NCBI RefSeq assembly: GCF_036588685.1
Contig: NC_086375.1
Location: 25,730,001 to 25,794,000 of the forward strand
Reading direction: 5' to 3'
Source: Mytilus trossulus
Lineage: Eukaryota
Length of the DNA stretch: 64,000 nucleotides
The notes under the pieces were generated by a model. It ran no database searches and was not told the DNA's origin. It saw nothing but the letters and a program-made list of their open reading frames with translations. Of the stretch, positions 1 to 13,900 are shown piece after piece. Both the position numbers and the translations under genes were made by a program. The number at the start of each line of letters is the position of its first letter. Within the stretch, counting starts at the first letter, position 1.

Positions 1-119
1 GTTTCATTTTGATATAGTCTGACATATAAAGCTAAAAAATCAGTAACTTTCATTTTGATATAGTCTGACATACAAAGCTAAAAAAACAGTAACTTTCATT
101 TTGATATAGTCTGACATAC
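1..119. repeat. About 46-bp tandem repeat (2.5 copies visible)
   Basis: TTTCATTTTGATATAGTCTGACATA.AAAGCTAAAAAA.CAGTAAC repeated. Confidence 0.85.
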
Positions 120-1994
120 ATTGTTATGGGATAGCCTTTAAAATATGGTACAAATATTGGTTGTATGAAATGTTTGCTGGGTGGTCTAATTTACCCCATA
201 TCCCCTTCATGATGTTTTTCAGTCATCAAATTAGTGTCAATTTTGATTATAACCCTTGCACAACTATGCAAGTAAAAAACTTTTGATAAACATTCTACTG
301 TAGAATCGGTCTAAAATCAACCACTTATAAAGAAATTCATGTACTAGCCACTAGCACTAGCACTATGCCAGAGTCTGGTCGAAATTGATTCATCTGGTGG
401 AATTATGTTAACTTATGTATGCAAATTGTTGAAATTTCTGATTCAGGCTAGTAGCTGGAACATTTTTGGCCAAGACTATATTTATAAACTATACTGAGGT
501 CTATGGCATTCATAATGTGTAGCATGCCTACTGATATAACCAATAAAAGTTTGTACAATAAAGTAGGCTTGTTCTGCATATTTGCTTATGTTTCTCCTCA
601 AAAATGTTTATACAAGAACTTTGGGAGCACAAAACTAGCCTAAAGAATTTTACCATATCACATAACATCAAAAATGACAGGATTTTGTATACTGGTACCA
701 TATATAAAACAGTAAATATTGAAAAAGTATCAGAAACAGTCATGTTATCACAACAAAAACTATTCATCGGTTTAAATATTATCAACATTTTAATTTCAAA
801 GAAAAGCTTTTAAAACAACAATAATTGCTTTGGCCAAACTTTGATAAATTTTAGAATCAATTGTGTTTGTCCAAGCAATATAAATTCAAAGACTTTAAAA
901 TTTCAAATACAAGAAAATTATTGAACACTAAAATAATTTTTGCTGTGATTTCTAAATAGTTTAAATAGTATCATCACCATATAATATACAATAATCCCTC
1001 GTTGGAAATGGAAGAGTCCACTTAATTTGCATATATAGGATTAACATTTTTGATGGATATTAAGAAAAGGATTATAGTAAAGCAGTAACCATAAATTTTA
1101 TGAACAATGATATATTTTCTGCAATCCTTAATAAAGACAATTTCTATTAATGTTACTGGAATTTCATAGACAAAAGTTACAATTTTAATAAAAAAAACAA
1201 AAAAAACAGCATATTTTAAATTTTCCAAATAGCAACCAAAACATTCAGAGTTCTATCAAATGTAGGGAAAAATGTGTTCATTTATAATACGGGGTCACAA
1301 GAAAGAAGAAACTAAATAAAATTTAACATTTGAAATACACAAAGCATGTGTCAAATACAATGAACTTATTCTGAAGAAAAAATAAAACATATAAAAGTGC
1401 AAAGTTTCACTGATATGCTGAAAGAAAAGTGTGATGGAAAAAAATTGCTGATTCGTCAATAAACTTCAATGATAATAAGTTACTACCATACTAACGATAA
1501 TCTAAAGGATATTTTCCCACAATGCATATATACCTGTCATCCCTTTTTTTCCGGCAAATTAAAAAAATAAAATATTACATAAAAGCATTTTAAAAGTGGA
1601 ATATCTTAAATAGAACTGTTTCCTTCTAGTTATTGTTTTTCAAAAAATAAATTAAAATATCAACTCAACTGGTAATAATTCTGAATCTATTTCATCAAAT
1701 TAAAATGAAATTTCTGTAAATATATTCTACTTATGAAATTATTTATGCTATTCAATATAGTGAACAACAACATTTCTGCCGAAAGCAGTCTATCAAATCG
1801 GTAAATTGCAATATTTCTTGCCATGCAAAAAGCCGCATCATTATCCTAGAGAAGTGACTGTAGACAAATTTAAAAATATCGTTGAAAAAATAAACATGTT
1901 ATAATATAAGTGTGACAATCGCTTTTTTCTATTTTTTTAATTCTAAGTTGAAATAATGATTTCCAAATAAAATAATGATAATAAATATTATTAC

Positions 1995-4900
1995 CCTGTG
2001 GTGACATCCCTGAGAATTTTACAATGCAGTGGCACAAACTCCAGTATTTTTGCATACATTCCTTGAAGGTTGTTAGCTTTCAAAAACTGTTCTGTGATTA
2101 CCTAGAAAATAAAACCATAATTGCTAAAAGGTCAAGAAAAAAAAGTTAGTACATGTAATGGTAATCATCCAAACTTAGAGGATCATTAATATTACATATC
2201 ATAGTTTACATTTCTAAATTTTATTGCCCTTTTTTTTCAATAAGTAAACTCCCATTTTATTGGTGGTTAAGAATATAAACTACAATTCAGTAGCAATTGG
2301 CCTTTCCATTTCAGTACTGGTCAGAGCGACTGATGGCAATTGGATTATAAAATATGTTTCTGAAAGGACATACAGGTATTACTTTTGAAATAATCATTTA
2401 AGGATAATCGTCCCAAAGGATATAAATTGATAGTTCTGAAATATTTATATAATTTAACAAATTGAAGAATTCAAATAGAAGAAAATATTCAATGAGGATT
2501 TTAACAACACGTTTATTTATGGATGTTCTAGGCCCATGAGTTAAGTATCAGTTTTTTTCAGTCACAAGTTTTATTTTTTTCAATATTTGAATTCTTTGAT
2601 TAGTTATTCTTTTTGTAACTTTTTAGAGGAATTAAGGAGGCTCGAGGGTATAAACATTTCAGAAAAAAAATAAACACATTTATCTTTTTCATTACAAATT
2701 TTAATTGTTACTTTATTAGTTGTTACTTTATCATATGGTGCAAATATTATTCAAATAAATCAATTCATTTTGGCCCAAGATGACTTTTAAAATGTATGTA
2801 TCATTGAAAAAGCTCCAAATTATATCCCTTTAGTGCAAAAATGCCATTTTTTGTCATTAAAATTGAAATGTCTTTTTAAATCATCGGTGACCTATATTTT
2901 TATTAATATTTTCAAACAAGCTGTACCTCAACTAAACTTTTGTAAAATTTTGGCGATTTCTGTTATTACCTGGGTAATTTCTTTTTTATTTAGATATTAC
3001 CAATTTACCACTTTTTCTCAAATTATGCTTCTTTTGAAGGCAGATTGTGAGTGTAAAAGAACGATGAACCCATTTTTTCTTTTTCTTTTAAGTATAAGAT
3101 AAAGTTCATTTATAGAAAAATATAGCAAAATCCTATATTAAGTAAAAAAAATGATTTAGACCTGCGAGCCCCCTTAAAGTAGAAAATGTAAGGAACCCTA
3201 TCTTTGTCTTCGCATTCACAAATAAAAAAAAGATGTGGTATGATTGTTAATGAGACACCATTCCACAAAAGACCAAAATGACACAGAAATTAACAACTAA
3301 TGGTCACCGTAAAACGTTCAACAATGAGCAAAGCCCATACCCCATAGTCAGCTTTGATGCCACATCTTCAACAGCATCTTGACAACACCTTTTGTTGTAT
3401 GACTTCAGAGGAGTGAAATAAACGAGTATATTTTACATGTGAAATTAATGAATATTATTTCACTGGGACATCTTGGTAATTCATTGGAAGCAATGTCATA
3501 AAAATGTATGTATTCCAAGAAAAATCTATCAATAATTTCCAAAGTAAGTTCCTTGTTAACTATTTTAACAACTTATCAGCAATATAAACTTGATATTCCT
3601 ATCATGTTATAGTGCATGATAAACACTCATTATCCATATCTATTTCATTTTAATTGATGGCTTCATTTCAAGTCAAGTGATGCCATCATTTCAACTAGTG
3701 TATAAAAATGTGAAAACACAGAAACAATTATCTTATCCTAAATATTAGTCTCGAACAAGATCAAGATGAATTACTACACCACTGTATTGACGCTGTTGTT
3801 ATTAGCAGAAATGGTCATGGGAACATGTTACACAAAACTAGGTAAATAAAATAGTACCATTTTTATAGGTACATAATGAATGAAATGCAATCAAAACCTT
3901 ATGGACTAACTGACTTGATATCTTAATCTGCCAAGGCTGATCACTACCTTTTTGATACACAAAATATAGTGCATTAATCATAACATTCTATACGTCCTAC
4001 CAACGAACATTTCCCGAAATTTATCGATGTAATATATGCTCAGATATTCAAGGCATATTCAAGGCACAAGATGATGTTACACTTGAGAAGAAAATTAAAT
4101 AACTGTTGCAAGGTGCAGGAATTTTATATAAATCATAAATTCTATAAATATAAATGATGTTATTGTCAAACTCATCTTTAAAAATTGGAGTTATCTTCCT
4201 TTGTTTAGACTATTAAATCAACTACAACCAATGCTTTATAAAATGCAATATCTTATTTAACAAGATAAATATACACTTGATAAATTGAAACAATCTTTAC
4301 CATTCAGTGCTTACAAGCACTTTGATTAGCTTATTAGATAAAAAAAAATATAGAATTATCCAATTTCTTGTCCTAGAAGAAATTGCTTTAAGGAACTTAT
4401 ATACCAGTTGTAAGCTATTGTTTCTAATATTTTTTTTTATTTCAGAGTGTTCACATCTTGGTGATCTGCTAGAAATGGCTATGAAAAATAAAAGTCCTGG
4501 TAAGTTTCATACCTATTTTCTTTTATATAATAGATGCGCTATTTGTGCAGTCAAAATGCTAATGGGAAGACAAAGATAGAGTTCCTTACATTTTCTACTT
4601 TAATTCCAAAGTAAATCCCCCGTTGTCAATGTAATAAAAGAATAACTAATAAAAGAATTCAAATATTGAAAAAAAAAATCAACTCGTGACTGAAAAAAAA
4701 TGATAATTAATTCATGACCACTTAAAAAGGTTTACATTTTTTTTGGTTAGTTTTCAAGATTCATATCTAACTGTTTTTTTTGGTTGCAATGAATAACATG
4801 ATTTCCCAGTGATTTAAAGCCGATAATTTCACATGTCAAATTATGAAATAAATGAGATAATTTTACTCCGCTGACATCATACAACAGTAGGTGTTGTCAA

Positions 4901-7900
4901 GACATCAATAACGTCCGATCAAAACCCATTGTGAATGTGTTGAAAAAGATATAGTTCATTAGATTTTCTACTCTTAATTTCATAAAAAAATTTGTCAATG
5001 TACTAAAAAGAATAAATTTTCAACTCTTGACCCTACAACATTGATAATTAACTCATGCACTACACACATTCGTGAGTTATGTGTTGTTCAGTCACTTGCT
5101 GAATATTTTTCTCTATATGAATTCTTCGATAAAAGTGGGATGAAAGATATCAGAGGGGCAGCGATAAGTTATTCTTTAAAAAATATATCTTGTTCTTATC
5201 ATATTCATTTTAGATAAAGTCTGTCAGTGTCCAAGAAGAACCAAAATCCCAGCCTTAACAGCAATACTGACTAAACCACAAAGGCCTGGCAAAAATGGTG
5301 TAATCAAGTTTGACAAAGTCGTCACCAATATGTATAATGGGTACAATCCAACAACTGGTATTTTCACTGCACCTCTTGCTGGAGTTTATCATTTTTCTTA
5401 TACAGTCATGTCTATGGATGGAAGGTACCTGGTTGTATTTCTTACTCTTAATAATATAAAGCAACACAGTACATGGCTGTTAGGTTCTAGACATGAGACT
5501 GGAACAACCAGTATTATATTAAATCTGAAGAAAGGAGACCAAATAGCAGTTAAGTCAGCAGATGATAGTTTTTCTATTAACAGTAATAGTAACATGTATA
5601 GCTCATTTTCTGGCTATCTTATAGCATAATAAAAAAAATCAAACTGTTAGTATCCAAGTCAAATCTATGCTTTATTTGATGTGTGTTGATTGATACTTCA
5701 GACTTAGATACATGAGTTTTTGTGTAAGTTGTTATTGGCTTTGAACCAGTTTTCAGTAACTGTGAGTACTTTCAGATCAGTGTCTTTTTTTTTGTACAGA
5801 TGTACAATGTATATTTACCCTGCCACGTCCAGCCTGTGATTTTTGTTTTTGACAATGATCACAAAGCTCACATTAACATACACAATACTTTTTATTCGTT
5901 TTTGTAAAAAATCTGTCTTTTCACGAAATTAAACTGTTGACACAGAGATATGTCTTTCCTGTTGGCATACAATTCAGAAAAAGATAATCTGATGAACAGC
6001 AACATTGCTTATAAATCAAAAGTCTCTGGATCATGACCTAGGAGTCAAGTCATAGAAATGGTCGACTAACTGAGATGTACTGATAGTCATGCAACTTTAT
6101 AGAAAATATCATTGTCCAACATAAAAAGTTCTTATCATTCAAACTAACATACTGGTAAGCAGAAAAAACTTTTGAATAACAATGAAACCAATAAATTAAG
6201 TAAGTTGGTAATTATTTGTCAGTGGATCATGATCTAAGGAGGCAGGGCCTCAAAATATGAGTCCAACTTATAAGTACTGATAGTAATACAAATTTACAGA
6301 AAACATCATTGATCTATCACATGTAGTTCCTATCAAACTGACTTGGTGCAAAAAAACTTATAAATGAAATTGCTAGTTAATTCAAAGTCACTTGACCATG
6401 ACATAGAGGGGAGGACCTAGAGAGAAGGACCCTAAAAGTAGTCTTCAAACTGATATGCACTGATAGTAATGCAAGTTTATTAAAAAAAAATATTGGTCTA
6501 TCAGAAGAAGTACCTCATTCTGACTCTAGCTGAAAACTTAACAAATACTGACACTGCGTCAGGAAATAAAAACACTATGTCACTATGTCACGCCTTCATG
6601 ACTACCCTTAGAAAAAATAAATTAAAAAAAAAGTTAAAAGAGTAACAAGACCATATCAAAAACTTATCACTGAAAGGAAAATCTACTTTAAACTCTGAAT
6701 ATAGCTGTCATGTCAAAGTTCATGACAAAAGCTCATTAACAATATCAATTTCATTTTAATTGATGGTTGTTATCATAAAGCATGTAAAGTCATGCAATTC
6801 CATCAGTATAAAAATGTTACAGCACAGAAACTATAGTATGTTTCGAAATCACTATCAAGATGAAACTAACTAACTACTACACTTCCATATTGACACTACT
6901 GTTAATGGCAGAAATGGTTGTGGGAACATGTGAGTCTGACAGAAAATTAGGTAAATAATATTTTTTAGCTTATAAGATATAAGATAACAAAAAATATAAA
7001 ATTATTTGAACATGTTGAAGGAACTTCTAATTAAATGCTTGAAAAATACTAATGTCTATTTGGGTTTAGAAGATAACATTACTATTTTATCAAAAAGGGC
7101 GAATTTTTTTTTTAGAGAGTTCTCTTTCAGAGACCAGAGCAAACACTTAGCATACACATTGATTTTTGAAGTTACAAAAAGAAGTTCAGTAAAAAATATT
7201 AAAAAACATTTCAAAATACATGTATAACATTTAATTTCAGATTGTTCACTTCTTGGTGATCTGCTAGAAATGGCAATGAAACAAAAAAGTCCAGGTAAGT
7301 TTCATACCATGTTTAATTAGAATTTATCATTAGCTACTATAACATGTACTTGTGCGATCTAAATGCTGCAAATGCATAAACTATGGCATTTTTTATATAA
7401 TCATTGATCTAATAAATCCTTGTTATGGGTGTTGACAGAGATATATATTTATAGATTATCGTTGATCATCTCAACGAGATTGATTTTCTCACTTGAGCCG
7501 GAACAGTGAAAGTGAGAAAAATTATCAAGTTAAGATGACCAATGATAATCTGTTTATCGCTTTTTTACCTATGCAGACGTAGTCAATTTCATTTCAATTT
7601 TCGTTAGCAATGCCATGTGCCTCCTTAGTTTCTACCGATAATTTTCCATCTCAAGCAAGTAGCATTAAAAATTTTCACAAAAAAAAGATCTAAAGAAAAA
7701 ATGCACAAAATAATGATAAATTGTATTATATGTCTCTGGTGTTGACAACATTTTCCTTGGAATTCTATAAATGGCCAAGAGAAAGTATACAAGGTTGGCA
7801 GAAATTTCATGTCTTCCACATCAAGTTCATATTCTGTCTAAATAATTTCATTTGTTTCAGTTTTCACAAGAGATTGTATATAAAAACAAAAATAATTGAA

Positions 7901-10900
7901 CTTGATATGTCATTTATTAATGGAGATGTATGGGAAATGCCAATGAGACATCAATCCATTCCAATGACATAAAAATCAAATCAAAGCACTGAAAAGAAAT
8001 TAACTTTATGATGATGAAATCTCTCTCATTTTGAGGATGGTTGTATTATAATGTGATTGCATACAATTTTATGTTAAATGTGTCATTATACTTTTTATTT
8101 CATGTTCTTCCTTAAATAATTCTATATTTTGTACTCCAGAAATTATTATTTTAAATAGTTGACACCTAGAAGTGGAAAGACTTAAGTGACAAAACATCTT
8201 TTTGAAAGGTTCACAAATAAGCAATGTTGTAAGTTTTCAAGTTTCACACATAACTGTTATGATCTATATCTTTTTCTTATATTCATTTTAGATAAAGTCT
8301 GTCAGTGTCCGAGGAGAACCAAGATCCCAGCCTTTTCAGCAATGCTGACTAAATCACAAACCCCTCAAACTAATAATGCCATCAAGTTTGACAAAGCAGT
8401 CACCAATATAGGAAATGGATACAATCCAACCACTGGTATTTTTACAGCACCTATTGGTGGAATTTATCATTTTACTTATACAGTCATGTCAAAGGCAGGA
8501 AAATACCTAGTTGTCTACCTTGCTCTTAATAATACCAAACAACAAACTACATGGCTGAAAGGGTCTAGTCATGAGACTGCAACAACCAGTATTATATTGA
8601 ATCTAAAGAAAGGAGACCAAGTAGCAGTTAAGTCAGCAGATGGTATATATTCAGTTCACAGTGATGGCAACATGTATTGCTCATTTTCTGGCTATCTCAT
8701 AGCGCAATAAAAGAAATTAAAGTTCTTAGTTTGTTAAACTTAATTAAAAATGTAGATACAATACCAGCTGATAGTGGGTTTTTTTCCACAAAAAGCAGAG
8801 TCATATCAAAGTCAAATGTGTGTTTTGTTGGGTCCTAGTAGTGGTGGACTAACTGAGGTGTACTGATAGTCATGTAACTTTAAAGAAAATAACGTTGTCT
8901 AACATAAACAGTTCCTATCAAACTAACATACTGGTAATCAGAAAACTTATTGAATAACAATGAAACCAATTAAATTGTAAATTGGTAATTAATTGTCAGT
9001 GGAACATGATCTAAGGAGGTAGGGCCTCCTATCAAACTGACTTGTGCAAAAAAAAACTTATTAATGAAATCTCTAGTTAATTCAAACTCACTTGACCGTG
9101 ACCTGAACGGGAGGACCTAGAGGAGAGGACCTATAAATAATGATATACACTGATATACACTGATAGTAATGTAACTCTATAAAAAATAATATTGGTTTAC
9201 CACCAGTAGTTCCTATCATTCTGATTCAAGTGGGAAACTTAACAAATACTGACAATGCGCCAGGAAATAAAAACACTATGTCACGCCTTCATGACTTCCC
9301 TTAGAAAAAATAAATTCAAAAAAAAGTTAAAAGAGTAACAAGACCATATCAAAAACTTATCACTGAAAGGAAAATCTAGTTTAAACTCATAATATTGCTG
9401 TCATGTCAAAGTGCATGACAAAAACTCATTAACAATATCTATTTCATTTTAATTGATGGTTGTTATCATAAAGCATGTAAAGTCACGCAATTCCATCAGT
9501 ATAAAAATGTTGCAGCACAGAAACTATAGTATGTTTGGAAATCACTTTCAAGATGAAACTAACTAACTACTACACTTCCATATTGACACTACTGTTAATG
9601 GCAGAAATGGTTATGGGAACATGCGAGTCTGACAGAAAATTAGGTAAATAATATTTTTTAGCTTATAAGATATAAGATAACAAAAAATATAAAATTATTT
9701 GAACATGTTGAAGGAACTTCTAATTAAATGCTTGAAAAATACTATTGTCTATTTGGGCTTAGAAGATAACATTACTATTTTATCAAAAAGGGCTATTTTT
9801 TTTTTAGAGAGTTCTCTATCAGAGACCAGAGCAAACACTTACCATACACATTGATTTTTGAAGTTACAAAAAGAAGTTCAGTAAAAAAATATTAAAAAAC
9901 ATTTCAAAGTACATGTACAACATTTAATTTCAGATTGTTCACTTCTTGGTGATCTGCTAGAAATGGCAATGAAACAAAAAAGTCCAGGTAAGTTTCATAC
10001 CATGTTTTATTAGAATTTATCAGTAGCTATTACATATACTTGTGCAATCTAAATGCTGCAAACACATAAACTATGGCAATTTTATATAATCATTGATCTA
10101 ATGAATCCTTGTTATTGGTGTTGACAGAGACATTTATTGATAAATTATCTTTGATCATGTCAACAAGATTGATTTCTCACTTGAGCCGGGACAGAGAAAG
10201 CAGAAAAATTATCAAGTTAAGATAACCGATGATAATCTGTTTATCGCTACTTTACCTATGAAGACGTAGTCAATTTCATGTCAATTTTCGTTAGCAATGC
10301 CATGTGCCTCCTTAGTTTCTACCGATAATTTTCCATCTCAAGCAAGTAGCATTAAAAATTTTCACAAAAAAAAGATCTAAAGGAAAAATGCACAAAATAG
10401 CGATAAATTGTATTACATGTATATATCTCTGGTGTTGACAACATTTTCCAGTAGAATTTTATAAATGGCCAAGTAAAAGTATACAGATTGGCAAAAATTT
10501 CATGTCTTCCACATCAAGTTCATATTTTGTCTAAATAATTTCCTTTGTATCAGTTTTCGAAGAGATTGTATATAAAGACAATACTAATTGAACTTGATAT
10601 GCCATTTATTAATGGAGATGTATGGGAAATGCCAATGAGACATCAATCCATTCCAATAACATAAAAATCAAATCAAAGAACTGAAAAGAAATAAACTTTA
10701 TGATGATGAAATCTCTCTCATTTTAAGGATGGTTGTATTATTGTGTGATTGCATACAATTTTATGTTAAATGTTTCTTTATAGTTTATTTCACGTTCTTC
10801 CTTACATAATTCTATTTTTTTTACTCTAGAAATTATTATTCTAAATAATTGACATCTAGAAGTGGAAAGACTTAAGTGACAAACCATCTTTTAGAAAGGT

Positions 10901-13900
10901 TCACAAATAAGCAATGTTGTTAGTTTTCAAGATTCACACATAACTGTTATGATCTTATCTTATATCTTTTTCTTATATTCATTTTAGATAAAGTCTGTCA
11001 GTGTCCAAGGAGAACCAAGATCCCAGCCTTTTCAGCAATGCTGACTAAATCACAAACCCCTCAAACTAATAATGCCATCAAGTTTGACAAAGCAGTCACC
11101 AATATAGGAAATGGATACAATCCAACCACTGGTATTTTTACAGCACCTATTGGTGGAATTTATCATTTTACTTATACAGTCATGTCAAAGCCAGGAAAAT
11201 ACCTGGTCGTTTTCCTTGCTCTTAATAATACCAAACAACAAACTACATGGATGATAGGTTCTCAATATGAGACCGGAACAACCAGTATTATATTAAGTCT
11301 GAAGAAAGGGGACCAAATAGCAGTTAAGTCAGCAGATGGTAGTTATACAGTTAACAGTGATAGTAACATGTATAGTTCATTTTCTGGCTTTCTAATATCA
11401 CAATAAAAGAAATCAAATTCTTAGTTTGTTATATTAATTAAAAATGTAGACTGAATGACAGTTAAAAGTGTGTTCCTGTTAAAAGTTTTTTCCTCCAATG
11501 ATACATTCTACAGTATTAGAGGTCAAAGCTGTGTTCTATGTTTAAAATTTGAGGAGATCTGTTTTAAAAAAATTAGAATGGTGTCAAAGTGAATGTCTGC
11601 ATTTCTCTGTTTACCGGTATATGTTTTCTTGTAGATATAAATTTTCTTGGTTCTCTATCATACAACTTTACTCAGTACACAATTTCTTCTTAAAACACCA
11701 AATCCAGTACTTTGATTGGTCTATGTGTGCTTTCAAAAATATTATCATTGGTCCTAATAAACAAGAATCAAAACCGTAAGACTACATTTGAATTGTGAAA
11801 TAAAACTTTCAAGCTGTAGTAGAGATCCCTTCATTCATGCAAAATAAATGTCAAAGTTGTAATCAATATATTACCTTTTCCATATATGGTCGTACAACAT
11901 TAATTCTGAACAAATTTTCTGCATCTTTAATCTTATCTATCAGGGCGTATGTCCTCAGACATTGCTGCAAGATTTCCACATTCCCATTTTCTAGACCCTC
12001 AACAAAATGTCCTTCTAAACTGTATTGCAGTGTCGTTGTGATTGTTGTTATTCTCTGAAATAGAAATTAACAACATTTATATGTAACAGTATATAAAAGG
12101 GAGACAATTTAAGAGTAACTTACAGGGGAAATAATCAACCTTGGACATGATATAACTCAACAGCTACTTCCATTGAAAACTTTGAGTATGAACTATTTAA
12201 TCAACATGCTCAATCAAAATCAGTGTTGACTGGTTCCCAGTCCTTCTTTTTTATATTCAAAACATCTTCTTCCTCCATTGATTTCAATGATTTCAACCCT
12301 AGTCTACAAAGATTGCAATGAAATAATGTGTTTTAATTACAGTGAATAACAGAATTTCCAAAAATCTGTGTACAGAATGTATTTATAAATACTTGTGTCA
12401 AAAGTACAACCCAAAACATTTATTCTAGAGCCAGAACCTTGCATTATGGTTAGAAATGTCCTGGCTTCCAATGGAGGTAACCAAAATAATAATCCTAGTG
12501 ATAGATTTTGTTTTCCTGAAATTTTCAATAGTTCTTTGGGTAGACAATTATCTTTATTAGCACATGGTTGATGGACTGACATTTACATCTTTCATATTGG
12601 AAAATGATAAAAAGCATTTAAATTTTAGAGTGCTTTACAATGCACTTCTTACTAATAATAATATTAAGAGTCATGACAAAAATTAACTTTTGGAACCTTT
12701 TGTGAAATAGTATTAAATGTGCATTGTGTATTGTAACTATAAAGACTATCTAAGTCTTCAGATGGTTAGCTAAAATTGAGAATGGAAATGGGGAATGTGT
12801 CAAAGAGACAACAACCCAACCAAATAAAAAAACAACAGCAGAAGGTCACCAACAGGTCTTCAATGTAGCGAGAAATTCCTGCAGCCGGAGGCGTCCTTCA
12901 GCTGGCCCCCTAAACAAATATATACTAGTTCAGTGATAATGAACGCCATACTAATTTCCAAATTGTACACAATGTGTTCTTCAAGTTCAAATTCAATTCA
13001 GATTTTTTTCAAGGAAAGATAACTTACTGGTCTTATTTTGTCTACTAAGGCATGTCCTTTGCTCTTTGTAACATTAAACTGTAACTTGTTGAATTCATTG
13101 GCTACTCTTTCAATCAACTGTCCAGTCAGTGTTCTGTAAAGAAGTTAAATCATATATAAAACTTAAAACAAGATTACAAGCAAAAGTCTTCTTAAGTTTT
13201 CATTTTGATCTGATATCTATCATATCTATTGAATAACTATTGTGTGCATCTAGTTGCAAAACTGTCAAGCTATACACATGATACATGTACAACTAGGTTA
13301 GTTAGTAGATTAACAGAGATGAAAATAAGAAATAAGGACTGCAACTGGAAAACAGGAATTTTTTTATGAAGGGAAAAATTTGTCTTGCAAAAGGTTATTA
13401 TCAGAAATTTCAAAAAGATATTGCAAGCATGGCAGTCTTTCAACATAGGGTACACAATTTTGGCTATGACTCCTTCCTATCAGAATATGCAGCTTTTTGA
13501 TTGTAAAATATTTTTTTTTAATTACTCACCCAGTAGTGGACTCATTGTCTGAGATACCCAGTAGCTTCTCAATTTTCTCCACTGAGCTTATGATATTCAT
13601 CAGTCTCTGTAAGCATGCCTGAAACAGAAAATTAATAGACACATGTCAAACAAATCTATGTGACAAAATTAGTTTTAGACAACATTTTGCTTACTTTCAT
13701 TTTACACTGAAAATGTCTATTTTGTATAAACTTATTGAAATTGATTACTTTAATAAGTGTTAACTCTTACCAACTTTTCATAATGAAAAGAGGGAATCAA
13801 TTACCGTATTTCACTTTGTCTTCATGACTTTTTTTTATCGTCTAATAGTCAGGAAAATGAAAACCAGCAACTAGTGTGGAATTGCTTCTGAATAAAGAGT

